The notes: generated by a model from the letters alone, not told the origin. A stretch of DNA of 64,000 bases from Octopus sinensis (GCF_006345805.1 NC_043002.1:86180001-86244000); one strand, 5' to 3'; numbered from the stretch's first letter, positions 49,635 to 63,311 are shown. Numbers and translations are program-made.

Positions 49635-49731
49635 GGCGAAGGTAAAGAATACGTACACCCGGTGGTTGGGGTTAGGGTTAGGGTTTTTGTTACGCCGAAA
49701 ACCAGTAGTGTACGTATTCTTTACCTCCACC
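49635..49731. repeat. Mini inverted-repeat element enclosing TTAGGG repeats
   Basis: 19-bp perfect arms aggtaaagaatacgtacac / gtgtacgtattctttacct around ggggttagggttagggtt. Confidence 0.8.
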
Positions 49732-51362
49732 TCTATGACTCAGCAATTTAGTAAAGCATGAATAACTAACAATCTTCACTGTTTTTCTCTCTAAACCCGA
49801 CGTTGTTTTGTTAACTCCCAAGCCAGCTGTGATTGAGAAACTTAGGACCACAGACATTCCAGTTCTAAACATCCAATCTTTTATTTATCTAAGTCCACTA
49901 TAACCATTATTTTTTAGCCCCAAAGTCAAGCATGATCGAGAAGTTCTATAATCGAAGGTCTTCTAGCTACGACCATTCCGTCATTTCAGGGATAATTAAG
50001 ACTACTTTTTTTTTTATAACGATTGAGTGTGATCTTGGAAGATTTGTGTGTAGAGAGAGAGGGGGGAGGGAGAGTTTATTTAACTTAAAGGATCCCTCTA
50101 GACTGTCCAATACATAAGACTCTGTCCTTTATCATAGAGAACTATTTTGCCATGCAAGTCTCCATCATAACCATGTAAACTCTTCCAAAGGCGGGAAGTC
50201 AGAAATTCATAAAATCCATGGCCTACATTAACAACGATCAGTCCAATGGAATAAACAAATATTTTGAAATTTCCTTTTCCACATAGCAAAATACACTAAC
50301 TTTAACATTTATTTTTAGATTTCACTCAATTACTATGCAACGTTTGCCAATGAAGTGTTTGTTTATTGTTACAAAGTAGTAAAAACATGTTTCTTTAGAC
50401 TTAGAAAACAAGAGAGATGTTTTCAATGTTAGTATAATGCCAACATTGGATGTTTCTTCTAATCAAACGGTAATCGGTATTTGTTTTTCTTCAAAGGAAA
50501 TGTTAACATCACAAACAAATACTGTTCAAAAACCTAGCAGCTGCTATATATCTTACTTCATCTCTTACAATATTTTTTTTTAACCCTGATCAAGCAGATC
50601 TGTATATAATTAAAGGCAGGTGACCCCATCTTTTAAAGCGTATCTATGACTCCATTATCTAATGTGTCCTTCCCGCCTTTTTTTTTGTTAAGACATTAGG
50701 CTGTGATTTGAGGGCGATATGGCTGCTGATTCAGAACAAGTGACAAAGTAGGCAATCCTTATCAAGAAACGGGCCGCATGAAACGTATCATGATCAACCA
50801 AACACTAAAGAAACATTTACTGGAAGAATGATTTCATTCTTGACAAAAAGAGATGGGTGCAACAGAATAAATTTAACAACTACAGAAGATTTTTACCTAC
50901 CCGCCCACATACATACATACATACATACATACGTGCGTGTATATGTATATTTTATCTTTTACATGTTTCAGTCATTAGACTGCGACCATGCTGGGACACT
51001 GCCTCGATTGAATCGACTTATTTTCCTTTTTGCCGAATCGCTAAGTTACGATGACGTAAATCTATCATTTGTGGTCAAGCGGTATGTTTGTGGGGACAAA
51101 CACACACACAGACATATATGACAAGCTTGCAGTTTCCGCCTGCCAAATCTGCACACAAAGCATTGGTCGCCCAGAGGCTTTAGAATACACTACACACACA
51201 GAGTTAGACTCCGACAACGATAGCATTCAAATGGTTGTTCACTATATTTTCAATCAATCGAGTAAACTGAACCATGAACGCATCCAAAATGTATATCAGA
51301 AACAGCTGTACGTCTATAATGCACAAATACATATGTAACGCCCATTATTTATGTCACTATCT

Positions 51363-51404
<42 letters not shown>

Positions 51405-51420
51405 CACACACACACACACA

Positions 51421-51677
51421 GAGGAGCACTTCGTCGGTTACGACGACGAGGGTCCCAGCTAATACGATCAATGGAACAGCTTGTTCGTGAAGTTAACAGA
51501 CACGTGTACTCAGGGAGATTCAGCGTGACACAGAGTGTCACAAGGTTGGCGCTACTCATTTTTGCCAGCTGAGTGGACTGGAGCAACATGAAATAAAGTG
51601 TCTTGCTCAAGGACGACGCGTTGCCGGGAATTGAACTCACGACCTTACGCTCATGAGCCGAATGCCCTAACCACTAA
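51421..51677 (-). mobile_element. tRNA-derived SINE (core as 62053, different tail)
   Basis: Minus strand: ttagtggttagggc...gagttcaattcc...ccttgagcaagacactttatttc. Confidence 0.85.
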
Positions 51678-51903
51678 TATATATAAATTTTATATATATA
51701 TATATAAATTCTTAAACAAGAATACTGACAGTGACTTCGAAGATTCGGCCAGTTAAGAGATCGTTGGATTAATGTAAAATAGTTTTCATTATAACCAAAT
51801 AAAAACAAACATTAGCATTATGTGTGTGTATTTAATAGTCTACCCTGAGTTCCCCCCTAAGCTGGGCTGGTCACGACAGTGGAAACAGAAAAGTCCGGAA
51901 TTT

Positions 51904-52288
51904 GGATCTTTTCGGTTTGAACGGCACCCATAATTATGACCCTAGTATCGATCTAGTGCATTTCAATCTGTTTTAGGGTTAGAGTTAGGGGTGGGGGAAG
52001 GACATCTTTTTTTCTTCAGAAATGTAAATAAACCCAATCTGTTTCTTAAACGAGGGACATATTCATACGGCACAGAATGTTTTTTACCTCAATACACGTC
52101 ATTGATTGGTTGAAATTGCAGAAATTGAAGAAAAAAAACAACAAATATCTTACAAACTATAGAATTTTCTCGATAAAGCCAAGAGAAAAAGATGTTTTAT
52201 AAACACATTCTACCAGTATACGAAGTTTAAAAGTGTTTTAGTTACCTAGAAATTATGTTAAAAACTGCCGTTCAAACCGAAAAGATCC
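51904..52288. mobile_element. Second copy of the 23-bp-TIR MITE
   Basis: Same TIRs as 36273-36696; about 30 bp deleted just inside the left TIR; no TSD seen. Confidence 0.88.
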
Positions 52289-55162
52289 CATACATACATA
52301 CCCACACGCCTACATACAAATACATATATGTGGACACATGTACCTACGCCTATACGCATAAATTACACTCATGTATATACATGCACATACATGAGTATAC
52401 AAATACATATATATGCACATATACACACGTGTGCCTGTGTGCACTGACAGTCACAAATATGTATACACACACGCCTATATGTTATCTAGAGACTTCAGGA
52501 ATAGAGATGCCAGACACTGCATATACCTGAAAACGTACCTACAGGGACCCAAACAATAGATAACGACATAATTACATAACCAATAAATCTATACAAACTA
52601 CGCAATCGAGTGCCGTCTATTACAACCCTACAAGTCTGTATACATGCATTTTATACATACACTCTAACAAGCCTAATTTTAAACCCTTGATAAAGGTTCA
52701 ATTTTTTCCCTCGTCTCTACAATCGTAAACAGACCAAGGAGTAGACTGTCACCTTTGATATAATACATAAATGAATATTTAAATGGAGACGTTAATGTAG
52801 GTACAAAGCCGAAATTACTGGGAGAAAGTCTCTAGTCGATTAAATCGAGCCCGGCAGATGACTGGAACTTTATTTTAACGACCCCCCAGGTAAGGTTGAC
52901 CTCGGCAGGATTTGAACTCAGAACGTAAAGAGCCAGAACAAAAACTTCCACCCTTATAAATCTCATCAAATATTAAATGAAATATTCCTTGACCCCTTTT
53001 TCAGTTACATAAAACTAGGCATATTTAATGTCAGGTGTTTCTTTTAAAACAAAAGTCTCTGTTCTAGAAGGTAACTCCGTGACACAAGTTCACATGCTTC
53101 GCAGCGTACCTAATTGTAATTGCTTTCTAATCTTAATACACAATGTTCGCAACTAAACACGTTGACTAATGGCAGCATGTAACCAAAACGGTGAACGGAA
53201 ATATAGTCACAGGAAAAAAATTTTCAAAGAATGAATGTCACAATTTTAGCTACGTAAAAGAGTCATACGAAAACATGTCAGATTTCATTAAAATTCTATA
53301 AATGATGGTTAATGTAGTTAAGGAAACATTTTAAATCGCTTATTAACGACTATACATATCTTGTACACAATGACAGCACTATAATGGCCATAACATTTAT
53401 TTGAGAAAAAAAATCGTTTTATTCAATTTCTTAGATAAAACAACAAAACAAATGAAGACATCAAATTAATAATTTCCTGAAGACCTACTGTAACTTTTTA
53501 CCTGGATTCACAAAAACATCTCTATCCTTCTCATAAAGAATCCAGGAAAAAGATAGGGTCACAGACAAACTTACACAAACGACTAATTTAATAATGGTTG
53601 GGGTAATTAGTTGTTTTAGTTAATGTATTTACTGAATAAAACGTAATTTTTTGGTCATGTAGGTGTGATGTTCATTGAATTATGTTGTCAATGTGTTGTC
53701 AGTTAACAAGAGACTTAAAACATTTCTGTAGTTATTTTAACTATTATTCATGGTATTTCAATGAAATTGCGACATTATTTTCGTTCACTCTTACAACCAG
53801 CCTATCTGCTAGGGAATTAAAACCAAGAAGTGGTCAAATCACGCATATTTATTATATTCCTATAAAGCATACTGAATATGAATGGAATTGTAAAAGATCT
53901 AATCCTAGAAATTAAGGTTTCTTTTGCCATTATACGCAATGTCAATTGATAATCAAATTTGATCCTACGGTTGATAGACTGACATCCAAGCAATTTATAT
54001 CAGTTGCATCTCAATTGCACTGCCCATTCATATATTAATTTAACTATTTAAAAAAAGATGATAAACACTCTAGTCACGTCTTGTCAAAAGTTTCAAATAC
54101 ATTTTTTTTATTAAAGCAGAAAACAGATTTAAGAAATGATGACCGATGCCGTTATAACCATTTTAAAAATATAACTTTGAAGACACTAATTTGTAAAAAG
54201 TCTTAGCTAAATTTGAGCATTCTCATTTAGAAAGGAATTTTTAAAATGAAATATAACCTATTCTATAATTTATTTATCACTGATTAAATTTGTTCCTTTG
54301 CCAAGAAAAATGCTAAAAAGACATTTCGATTTTGCCAAGCCTAAGCTGATATTCGCCTCAAAAAGAGAAATGATATTTCTTTTCAACACACAATAGTGTT
54401 TAACTTAACAGGTTTCCTCTATATCTGTTAATGATATGAAGATCAAAAATGGCATAAGGTCACTTTAAGTTTGTACAGTCTCTGTAAGAATAAAAAAAAA
54501 AATGAAACTACACTAAAATCTTCCATTGACATTACTACTTCATACACATTTGTGAAATTGTAGAACTGTCGAGACTGTTAAAATGAAATCTTTGAAAAGA
54601 AGAAGAAAGTTAAAATACTCTTTCTCTTAATAAGATATTTGTATGAATTTAATGAAACACTCCTATGAATGGATAAGGAATTGGGAATTAATAAATGTTA
54701 AACATAATTGGAATAAAAACAACCGTTTAAACAGCACAAAATGTAAAATGGCTTCAGTTATTGTTTTAAACAGGATTCCAATGAAATCCAGAATTCCAAC
54801 AATTAAGCTGTTAAGCATTTTATTTAATTCTAGTGCTGTTTGTTCCAACAAGCAGCCACCAAGATGGTAAAATAGAATAGCAGACGATCTATCTATCTAT
54901 CTTTTTTTATTAAGCTAAAAGGAAATAAAATGATCATATGAAATAAATTTCAGGAAAGAGAAGCGGTAGTGAAAAATAATAATATGGATCGATAAAAGAA
55001 AGAAGTTATATTCCACATGGTGATGTTTTTAACAGCTACAACCATTTTTTCCATTCGTTTCGCGCTACAGTTGCCGACAACAAACAACTGTAAAAGTATA
55101 AAGGCTTCTGCTAGCAAAATCAGCATGAAGTAATATTTACCCTCTTATGCTGATAGATCTAA

Positions 55163-55227
55163 GTATGTGTGTGTATATGTATATATACATACATACATAC
55201 AAATATATATATATATATATGTATGTT

Positions 55228-55258
<31 letters not shown>

Positions 55259-55404
55259 GTGTGTATATATATGTGTGTATATATATATGTGTATATATAT
55301 ATATGTGTATATATATATATATATATAATATATATATATGTGCATATATATATATGTATATATATATATATGTGTATATATATATATGTGTATATATATA
55401 TATA

Positions 55405-55443
<39 letters not shown>

Positions 55444-55504
55444 ATATTATATATATATATATATATGTGTGTATATATATATATATAATATATATATATA
55501 TATT

Positions 55505-55536
<32 letters not shown>

Positions 55537-55745
55537 CATATATATATATACATACATATATATATATTATATATATACATATACACATACATATATATAT
55601 ACACATACATATATATATATACACATACATATATATATACACATACATATATATATACACATACATATATATATATACACATACATATATATATACACAT
55701 ACATATATATATATATATGTATATATATACATATATATATTATGA
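55163..55745. repeat. Long compound TA/TG/CA microsatellite
   Basis: Seen directly; TG-type on the left, CA-type on the right. Confidence 0.95.
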
Positions 55746-57144
55746 TACAATTGAGATCCATTTAGCAAATAAACCCAAGAATGATCGTTTCTAATGGGCT
55801 TGCATGGTTCTCAGCATGTTGTTGTTAACCCACGATCAGAGAAACTTATGATCAACAGCGTTCACGCCATGACCATCGCGCCTTTTTTAAGGACATATTA
55901 TATAATTTGCCTATGTCCTATGTCTCTTTACTCTAAGATGAATAATTATGTTGCTAACAACATCCCAATTTAGCTCAATCACCACGAGTCTAATTTCAAT
56001 CGAAATAATAACCCCCACTGGGGTTTCTCGGTTCGATATTTCTTTCATTTTTTTTTCTGGCCCTTTTGCTTAAGTTATAATAAATCATAAATAAAATTCA
56101 GAAATCTTGTAAAACAAAGCAAACAAAAAATTTGGGTTATTTGGTTGCTATTTCTCTTAGGTGGTGCGACCACGTAGAGTCAATGAATAAAGTGGATTTA
56201 GCCTGAAAAGTGAGGCAAGTAAATCCTGCGAAAGAGAAAACAATACAATGATTGATTGATTGACTGATTGATTGACCGATTATCGTTTGACTAAATCAGT
56301 TTTGAAAATAATAGACAAATCAAAACATTTCTACTTGACCTGGCAGAGATAGCAACCAAATCTTCCTCAAATTACACATTATCTTAAAAAAAAAAGGACC
56401 CATTGGATAGCGTATTGCACTGTCTGAAAACAGATGGGATGGTCGTGGTTGGAATGTTTTTCATCATTGAGCTGCTCAATTAGGGTTGAATTTAAGCCAA
56501 ACATTTTCTAGCAGGATAAATAGCCAAGCCAAAAGGAGAATATTCGAGAAATACTTCAATACACTTCAAAGCATGGCTTTCTATGACTATCGTCTTAATC
56601 ATTATTTCTGGATTAAATTGTTTTATTTATGGGAAAAAAATACACTTTGGGTTTTTGTCGTGCATTTATCAATGATAACTCGACATTTGTCCGTAGATCG
56701 GTCATATCAGCTGTTTCAACGAATTAAGAAGAATTTCTGCAATACAAAGATCTTCAGAAACGAACCAGCAATGGTTACTTTGTAACCAGTCAATTTGCTA
56801 GAAACAACAGTCACCAGTCCTCCGAATCACATCCTATTGTATTAAAAAGGAAGGTCACTGCATAATATAGTTTGGTGCAGACTTGGCCTGAAAAGAAATA
56901 AAGTGGGGTGGAATGGTCACGGATAGAAAGATTTTGATTATTAGTCTGTTCAATCAGGGTTGATTTGCGGGTAAACAACTAGTATACTTTGAATCATTTA
57001 TGTATTAAATAAAACTTCTGCAGTCCTTCATTTTCTTATTCGAAGAGGGGGGATGAAGAATGAAAGATGTAGTGGGATTTGAACTCAAGATCATAAGATA
57101 ATGAACGATGTTCTACTACCTCTGTCATCTATGTTTAGCCACCA

Positions 57145-57193
<49 letters not shown>

Positions 57194-58408
57194 CACATAT
57201 ATGTATATATACATACATACATATACACACACGCATACATATATATACATACACATATATATACATATACACACACGCATACATATATATACATCCACAT
57301 ATACACATACATATATATATATATATATATACACAATACACATATACATATATATACACATACATATATATATATATATACACATACATATATATATATA
57401 TATACATATACACATATATATAAACATATATATATAACACATATATATATATACATACACATATACACATACATATATATATAATATATATATATATATA
57501 CACATATACACATATATACATACACATATACACACATATATACATACACATATACACACATATATATACATATATACACATATATACACATATATACACA
57601 TATATACACACACACACATATATATACATATGTACATATATAACATATGTACATATATATACTATGTACATATATACATATATATACAACATATATATAC
57701 ACACATATATATACACATATATATACACATATATATAAACATATATATATACATATATATATACACATATATATACACATATACACATATATATATATAC
57801 ATATACACACATATATATATATACATATATATATACAATATATATATATATATATACACAATACACATATACATATATATACACATACATATATATATAT
57901 ATACACATACATATATATATACATATACACATACATATATATACACATACATATATATACACATATATATATACATACACATATACACATACATATATAT
58001 ATACATATATATATATATGCACATATATACACATATATACATACACATATACACACATATATACATACACATATACACACATATATATACATATATACAC
58101 ATATATACACATATATACACATATATACACACACACACATATATATACATATGTACATATATATACATATGTACATATATATACATATGTACATATATAC
58201 ACATATATACACACATATATATACACACATATATATACACATATATATACACATATATATAAACATATATATATATATATATACACATATATATACACAT
58301 ATATACACATATATATATATACATATACACACATATATATATATACATATATATATACATATATATATATACATATATACACATATACATACACACACAC
58401 ACACACAA
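57145..58408. repeat. ~1.26-kb compound TA/CA microsatellite
   Basis: Seen directly; contains a ~520-bp higher-order duplication. Confidence 0.95.
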
Positions 58409-59370
58409 GTATACTCTTCAGCGGTTTCTTTGAATATATTAAAGAACAGAAGTCCTCCTACTCAGAAGTAGAATTGACCAACTCGAGATCAAAGCATTTG
58501 ATTCTAGTGATCGAACTTAAAATAAAACACATACACAATAAAGAATTCCTCAATTTCCAAAAATGATTTAATAGCAACGATCGAGTGTCTGTGTGCGCGC
58601 GCGCTAGTGTATACATATACATACACACACATAAAGAGCTGAGATTATTCTATCACGGCTCAGTTTTTGGTTTACTGCTGTTGATTAATGGTAAACTCTG
58701 AGCATGAATATGGTCACAGTAATCTCAGCTCTGCAATAAATATTTACACTCTACTTTTGAATTGAGTACATTTCTTCTCCTTGGTTGTAAACTCAAGCCC
58801 GTGCGCATATGTGTATGTATGTGTGTGTGTATATCTATATATATGTATATACATGTGTGTGTGTGTGTGTGTGCCGATGAAAAAGAAATATCTATAAGTT
58901 ACAATTATAATTTCAAAAGAACAAAAGAAAGTTTTGTAAACTAAAAAAAAAAAATGATATATATATATATCATTCTAAAGAGGAAACATAATTTAAGTAA
59001 AGAAGTGGTGCCAATAACATCAACACATTTCTTAGTCATATGATAATATTTTCGAGAAAGGTTCGATGAGTGAACATGTATAGATTACTAAAAATTCTAC
59101 TTGTATCATATTACAATTCCATTTAAAAAGCAGAATTAGTTGGACATAGATAAATAAAAATTTAATGTAAATGATCTTAGGTAACTACTGGACCAATGAC
59201 AAATTATAATTAGCTTTAAAGTGTTACTTTTTATACACAAAATATTATACAATTTCTGCAATAACTACATTGAAAATATTTCAAATGGCTCACACAATGA
59301 AGTTGTAATTGAAAGTCTGCTAACAACAATAAAGGTGGGTGGGAACTATAGATTTAATCACTATACTTAC

Positions 59371-59882
59371 CTTGGTGCTTCTTTAATGAGAAGTTTCACT
59401 GCCTGTAGACAACCACCAACAACGGCGAAGTGTAAAGGCAGTGCCCCACTGGTACTCCGTTTCATAATATCACAGCAAGTCTCCTCTAATAACCAGTTCA
59501 GAACAAAACTATGGCCATATTTGGCAGCCAGATGGACAGCAGTTAAGCCAAAGTCGTCCTCTTCGTCTACTTGCACCCCAGCCTCTTCTAATAGCCATCT
59601 TAACGTATGTAAGGAACCACTAGCCGCGGCATCATGCAATGGTGTTGCTCCTACACATGTCCGTTTGCTAGCGCTCAGTCCTAGATGGCAAACCAATAAT
59701 TCAAGGACTGCGACGTTATTACTCCTGGCACCATAGTGAACACAACTGGCACCATAGTCATCCACAACACTGTCGTGCAAGGACTGTGCTTTTCCAAATG
59801 ATTCCAAAACCTTCAGGTCGCCGCATTTGGCCGCAGTCAGAGCTTTTTGGACCACCTTAGAACTAGCAGAAACTGAAGGCAT
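59371..59882 (-). CDS. ESPN: First coding exon of an espin/forked-like ankyrin-repeat protein (170 codons + 2 nt)
   Basis: ATG at 59882 (cggaaATG); MPSVSASSKVVQKALTAAKCGDLKVL...GASCVHYGAR...GATPLHDAAASG...GLTAVHLAAKYGH...GALPLHFAVVGG...EAP; aligns by eye with espin ankyrin repeats (ALQAARQGELDVL, GATPAHDASATG, LHLAARFGH, GALPIHYAA; recalled from memory); donor AG|gtaagt at 59371/59370. Confidence 0.85.
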
Positions 59883-60284
59883 TTCCGATCTCAAAGACGA
59901 AATGAAAATCTGAGAGGCTGGGTGTAATTAAGTTGTTGTTGTCAGGCACGACCGAGGATGAAACCTAGGTCTCCGAATTAAAATTCCACCCACACACTTA
60001 AAGTCCAAGTTCTTGTGAAACCATCAAGGAGTGTTAATATATTTTTGATCAAACCTATATATTTCCATTCTGAAACATTTAGCTTCGATTTCAAGAGATT
60101 CTAGAAAGAATCATATTGAAATTATTATTTCCTTCTCTTCCCTGTGAATTTCTTCTTTTCTTTCTCTCTTTCGTTATATTCAATAGCCGCAGTTATTTGA
60201 AACGGAGAGAATGTGTGTAAATATATGAATGAATGACTTGTTTTTGTTTCTTTCTCGGTGTGTATTCCTCAGTGTGTCACTTAC

Positions 60285-60520
60285 AAGAAACAACAGCAAG
60301 TCAGCATCGTTTCCTGCCGATTCTTCGAAATATGCAACAACAGCTTTGTGTTACTGGAGGGAGAAGCGATAAAAGCTGGTGCTTTAGGATGCTACTATCA
60401 AGTAACCACTTCTTTGTAAAACCTAGTATTTCACCAAAATATCTCCAAAAAAAGTAGATGTGTTCCTTCCTGCAGTTTCTTCAGACGGCGTCAATTATCT
60501 GATATAAAACGTGGAAGGGA
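60285..60520 (-). promoter_or_regulatory. Candidate non-coding first exon / promoter region of the espin-like gene
   Basis: Minus-strand donor CTT|gtaagt at 60285/60284; possible acceptor cctctcag| ending at 59910, 28 nt before the ATG; CpG-retaining neighbourhood; no transcript evidence. Confidence 0.3.
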
Positions 60521-61313
60521 GAGAGGGAGAGGGGTAGAAAATGGTCGATTTTACTAGGTGAGCAAATCGAAAAGGGGGAAAACGATATAATATTGGTAAG
60601 GAAATAAATAATCGATCCAGATCAAAATATAAATATTGACGGTAGTACTAATAACAACAATAACAAGAGGGAAAACAATTACAGTAACAATGTTAATATT
60701 TCTGTTGATTAATATTATTGTAGCCCAGCGTCCCTGGGATATTGTTAAACATTATTAGAATATAAGAATTTTGGCGAAAGTGAGAGAGAAAGAAGAAGTA
60801 AAAGGAGAGAAAGAGAATATGAGTGAATCCGTGTATTTGTATATTCTGATAAAAGACTCTGGATATTTCATCATAATAAAGCAAGAACCGTTGCTGCTAA
60901 GAAGTAAATGAATCCTTACATTTTCAAACAGCTAGGCGCTGTTGAATGAATGAATGAGTGAATGAAAAAATGAATAAGTGAATGAACGAATCGGTGAATG
61001 AATGAGTATAATTCGAGAGTAAATATATAATTAACTAGTGTGTTTTCCATCACCATGTATTCTTCGCTAATATGAATAAAGGTTGCCTCAAGGAAAAACA
61101 GTTACTTCCATTAATTCTAATTAAAACGTAATCAACGTGAAGTGAAAAGCTAAGAAATACAGAATTAATATTTTTTTTTTTTAATATTTCCCCACTTTTT
61201 TTTATTTTGTATTTCTATTTGTTTAATTTTTATTTCGTTTTGTTTCGCAATCCTATGTTTCTGAAAGGTGAATACCTAGAACATGCAATTTTTTAATCTT
61301 CTTAATTGTACAA

Positions 61314-61339
61314 CATCATCATCATTATTATTATTATTA

Positions 61340-61389
<50 letters not shown>
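61314..61389. repeat. (ATC)(ATT)n microsatellite
   Basis: Seen directly. Confidence 0.95.
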
Positions 61390-62052
61390 TCCACTATATC
61401 ATTTTAAGTAAAATTATAAGCTACAAAACCTTTCAATTTCTTTTCTTCTTTTTAATTCGATTAAGAAGAATTATTTGATTTTTTTTTTTTAATTTACATG
61501 AATAATATTTTCCATTCAAACCAAAAAATATATTTGTTCTGAACAAGATAGTTGAAAGAATTATTTATTTAAAAAAAAAACAAAAAAACTCATAGCGGTG
61601 TGCACGTTTTCAGCTGTTGAACATTTTTTTCTATTCTTCCTTCACGCCTTCCATTCTTTATTTATTTATATTTTGCCCTTTTAATGTCATTCTTCGACCT
61701 CTTTCTCTCCTGTATTGTTTTCGATTGCAGCTGTTACAAAGACCCTATATTAAAGTGCAACATGTTCACCCTCTCATATATACATATATATATTCACCTA
61801 CGTATGTGCATATATTTGCACCTATATGAATGAGTGCATAGAACTCTTATTTGCAATGCAAGTTGTTGAAGTTGGCTGCAATAATTCGTCTGCACACAGA
61901 TGACATTTGCTGCTGTGAGGGAAAAGAGAAGGGAAAGCAGATATATTACAAGTGAATTGGGTTACCTCCCTTGAACATAATTAACGACTACATTTTGTGA
62001 CAAACTTAAACGAGGGAGCCTCTACGTCGTTTAACATTGTCATAGCCAAGTA

Positions 62053-62390
62053 GTGAAGGCGCATGGCTCAGTGGTTAGAGCGTCGAGCTTACGATCGTGA
62101 GGTTGTGAGCTCGAATCCCGGACCGGACTGCATGTTGTGTTCTTGAGCAAGACACTTTATTTCACGTTGTTCCAGTTAACTGAGCTGTAGAAATGAGTTG
62201 CGACGTCACGGGTGCCAAGCTGTATCGGCTGCTGCCTTTCCCTTGGATAACACTGGTGGCATGGAGAGGGGAGGCCGGTATGCATGGGCGACTGCTGTGG
62301 TCTTCCATAAACCACCTTGCCCAGACTTGTGACTAGGAGGGTAACTTTCTAGGTGCAATCCCAAGGTCAGTGTCGTGACCAAAGGGGGTC
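62053..62390 (+). mobile_element. Full-length tRNA-derived SINE
   Basis: tggctcagtggttagagc A box, gctcgaatcc B box, then body ttcttgagcaagacactttatttcac...; homologous to 8009-8336. Confidence 0.9.
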
Positions 62391-62730
62391 CCGAGCAAAG
62401 TACGGGTAGGAGCGGCTTAGCCAAACCTAAAAAGTGTGCAGAAACCAGGCCAAAATAAACAATAGACCTTGGCATAGTCTTCTGGTTTTCCAGCTACTGT
62501 CAAACCATCCAACCCATGCCAGTGAAGAAAGCAGACTTTAAATGAGGCTGAAGATGATAATATGCTATGTAGATGACTTTTTAGCCACACATCTCTGCAT
62601 GCAAACTTTGCTAACACTTCATATTCTTACCTTTCTATATTTTTAATGAAGTTGTTATTCATTTAATTTGACCAGCATGGAATTTTAGAAATAATTGTTG
62701 GAATCCAGTCTGCAAGATCTAGTTTATGCT

Positions 62731-62938
62731 TTAACCCTTTAGTGTTCGCATTATTCTGCCAAAATTAATGCCTTTTCATCCACATTGTTTTGAACTAACC
62801 ATGCCTTATCTTGTAGCTATGAGATTTTGATGAGGTAGCTGTTAATTTTTAAAACGATATTGTAGGGTTGGTGTGAGAGACCAAATATGGCCAGTTTGAA
62901 CATAAAACTTTTGGCCGGTTTAAATGCTAAAGGGTTAA
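62731..62938. mobile_element. piggyBac-like MITE family B
   Basis: ttaaccctttag ... ctaaagggttaa termini with TTAA; reverse orientation to 7638-7856. Confidence 0.88.
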
Positions 62939-63311
62939 ACCAGCCCCAAAGCTAAACAAGTCTGACATACTTGTTCTGAGAAGTTACTTAACTTACTAAA
63001 AATAGCAGCCAGATCTCTTTCTAATCACCTCTTCCATCTTAAATAAAGACTCATTGAGGTATGTAGTCTTGAAATGTCACGTAAAATACAAGATGGTCAA
63101 GACAGGATATTTTCAATCAAATGTCTGCTCAAACAGCATTAGCCTGGGACTATCTAACAACCACAAAAGCAACGTTTGTTTCAGTCAACACCAAAGCATC
63201 AAAGTGGTTGTTCAACTTGCTAAAAATGACAACACAAATCTCCCAAAAATCACATTCTGCTATCTTAAAAATAGAAGAAGCCATTGGCTTATGAAGTCTA
63301 TATGATAGAGC

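Noticed and set aside
50098-50289. 63-aa minus-strand ORF as espin exon 2
   Set aside because: No ankyrin consensus and no convincing splice sites in the required phase
57091-58471. ORFs of 100-437 aa rich in Y/I/C/V/M/H/T
   Set aside because: Translations of TA/CA microsatellite; the same applies to ORFs at 3680-4524, 12632-13166, 34401-34794 and 55145-55768
59883-59894. ORF-track start MRSE for the ankyrin ORF
   Set aside because: The first codon is TTG; the first ATG is at 59882 and aligns with the espin N-terminus
62053-62130. tRNA-like sequence (also 5840-5911, 51600-51677 and other SINE heads)
   Set aside because: A/B boxes run directly into multi-copy SINE bodies; no convincing cloverleaf with acceptor stem
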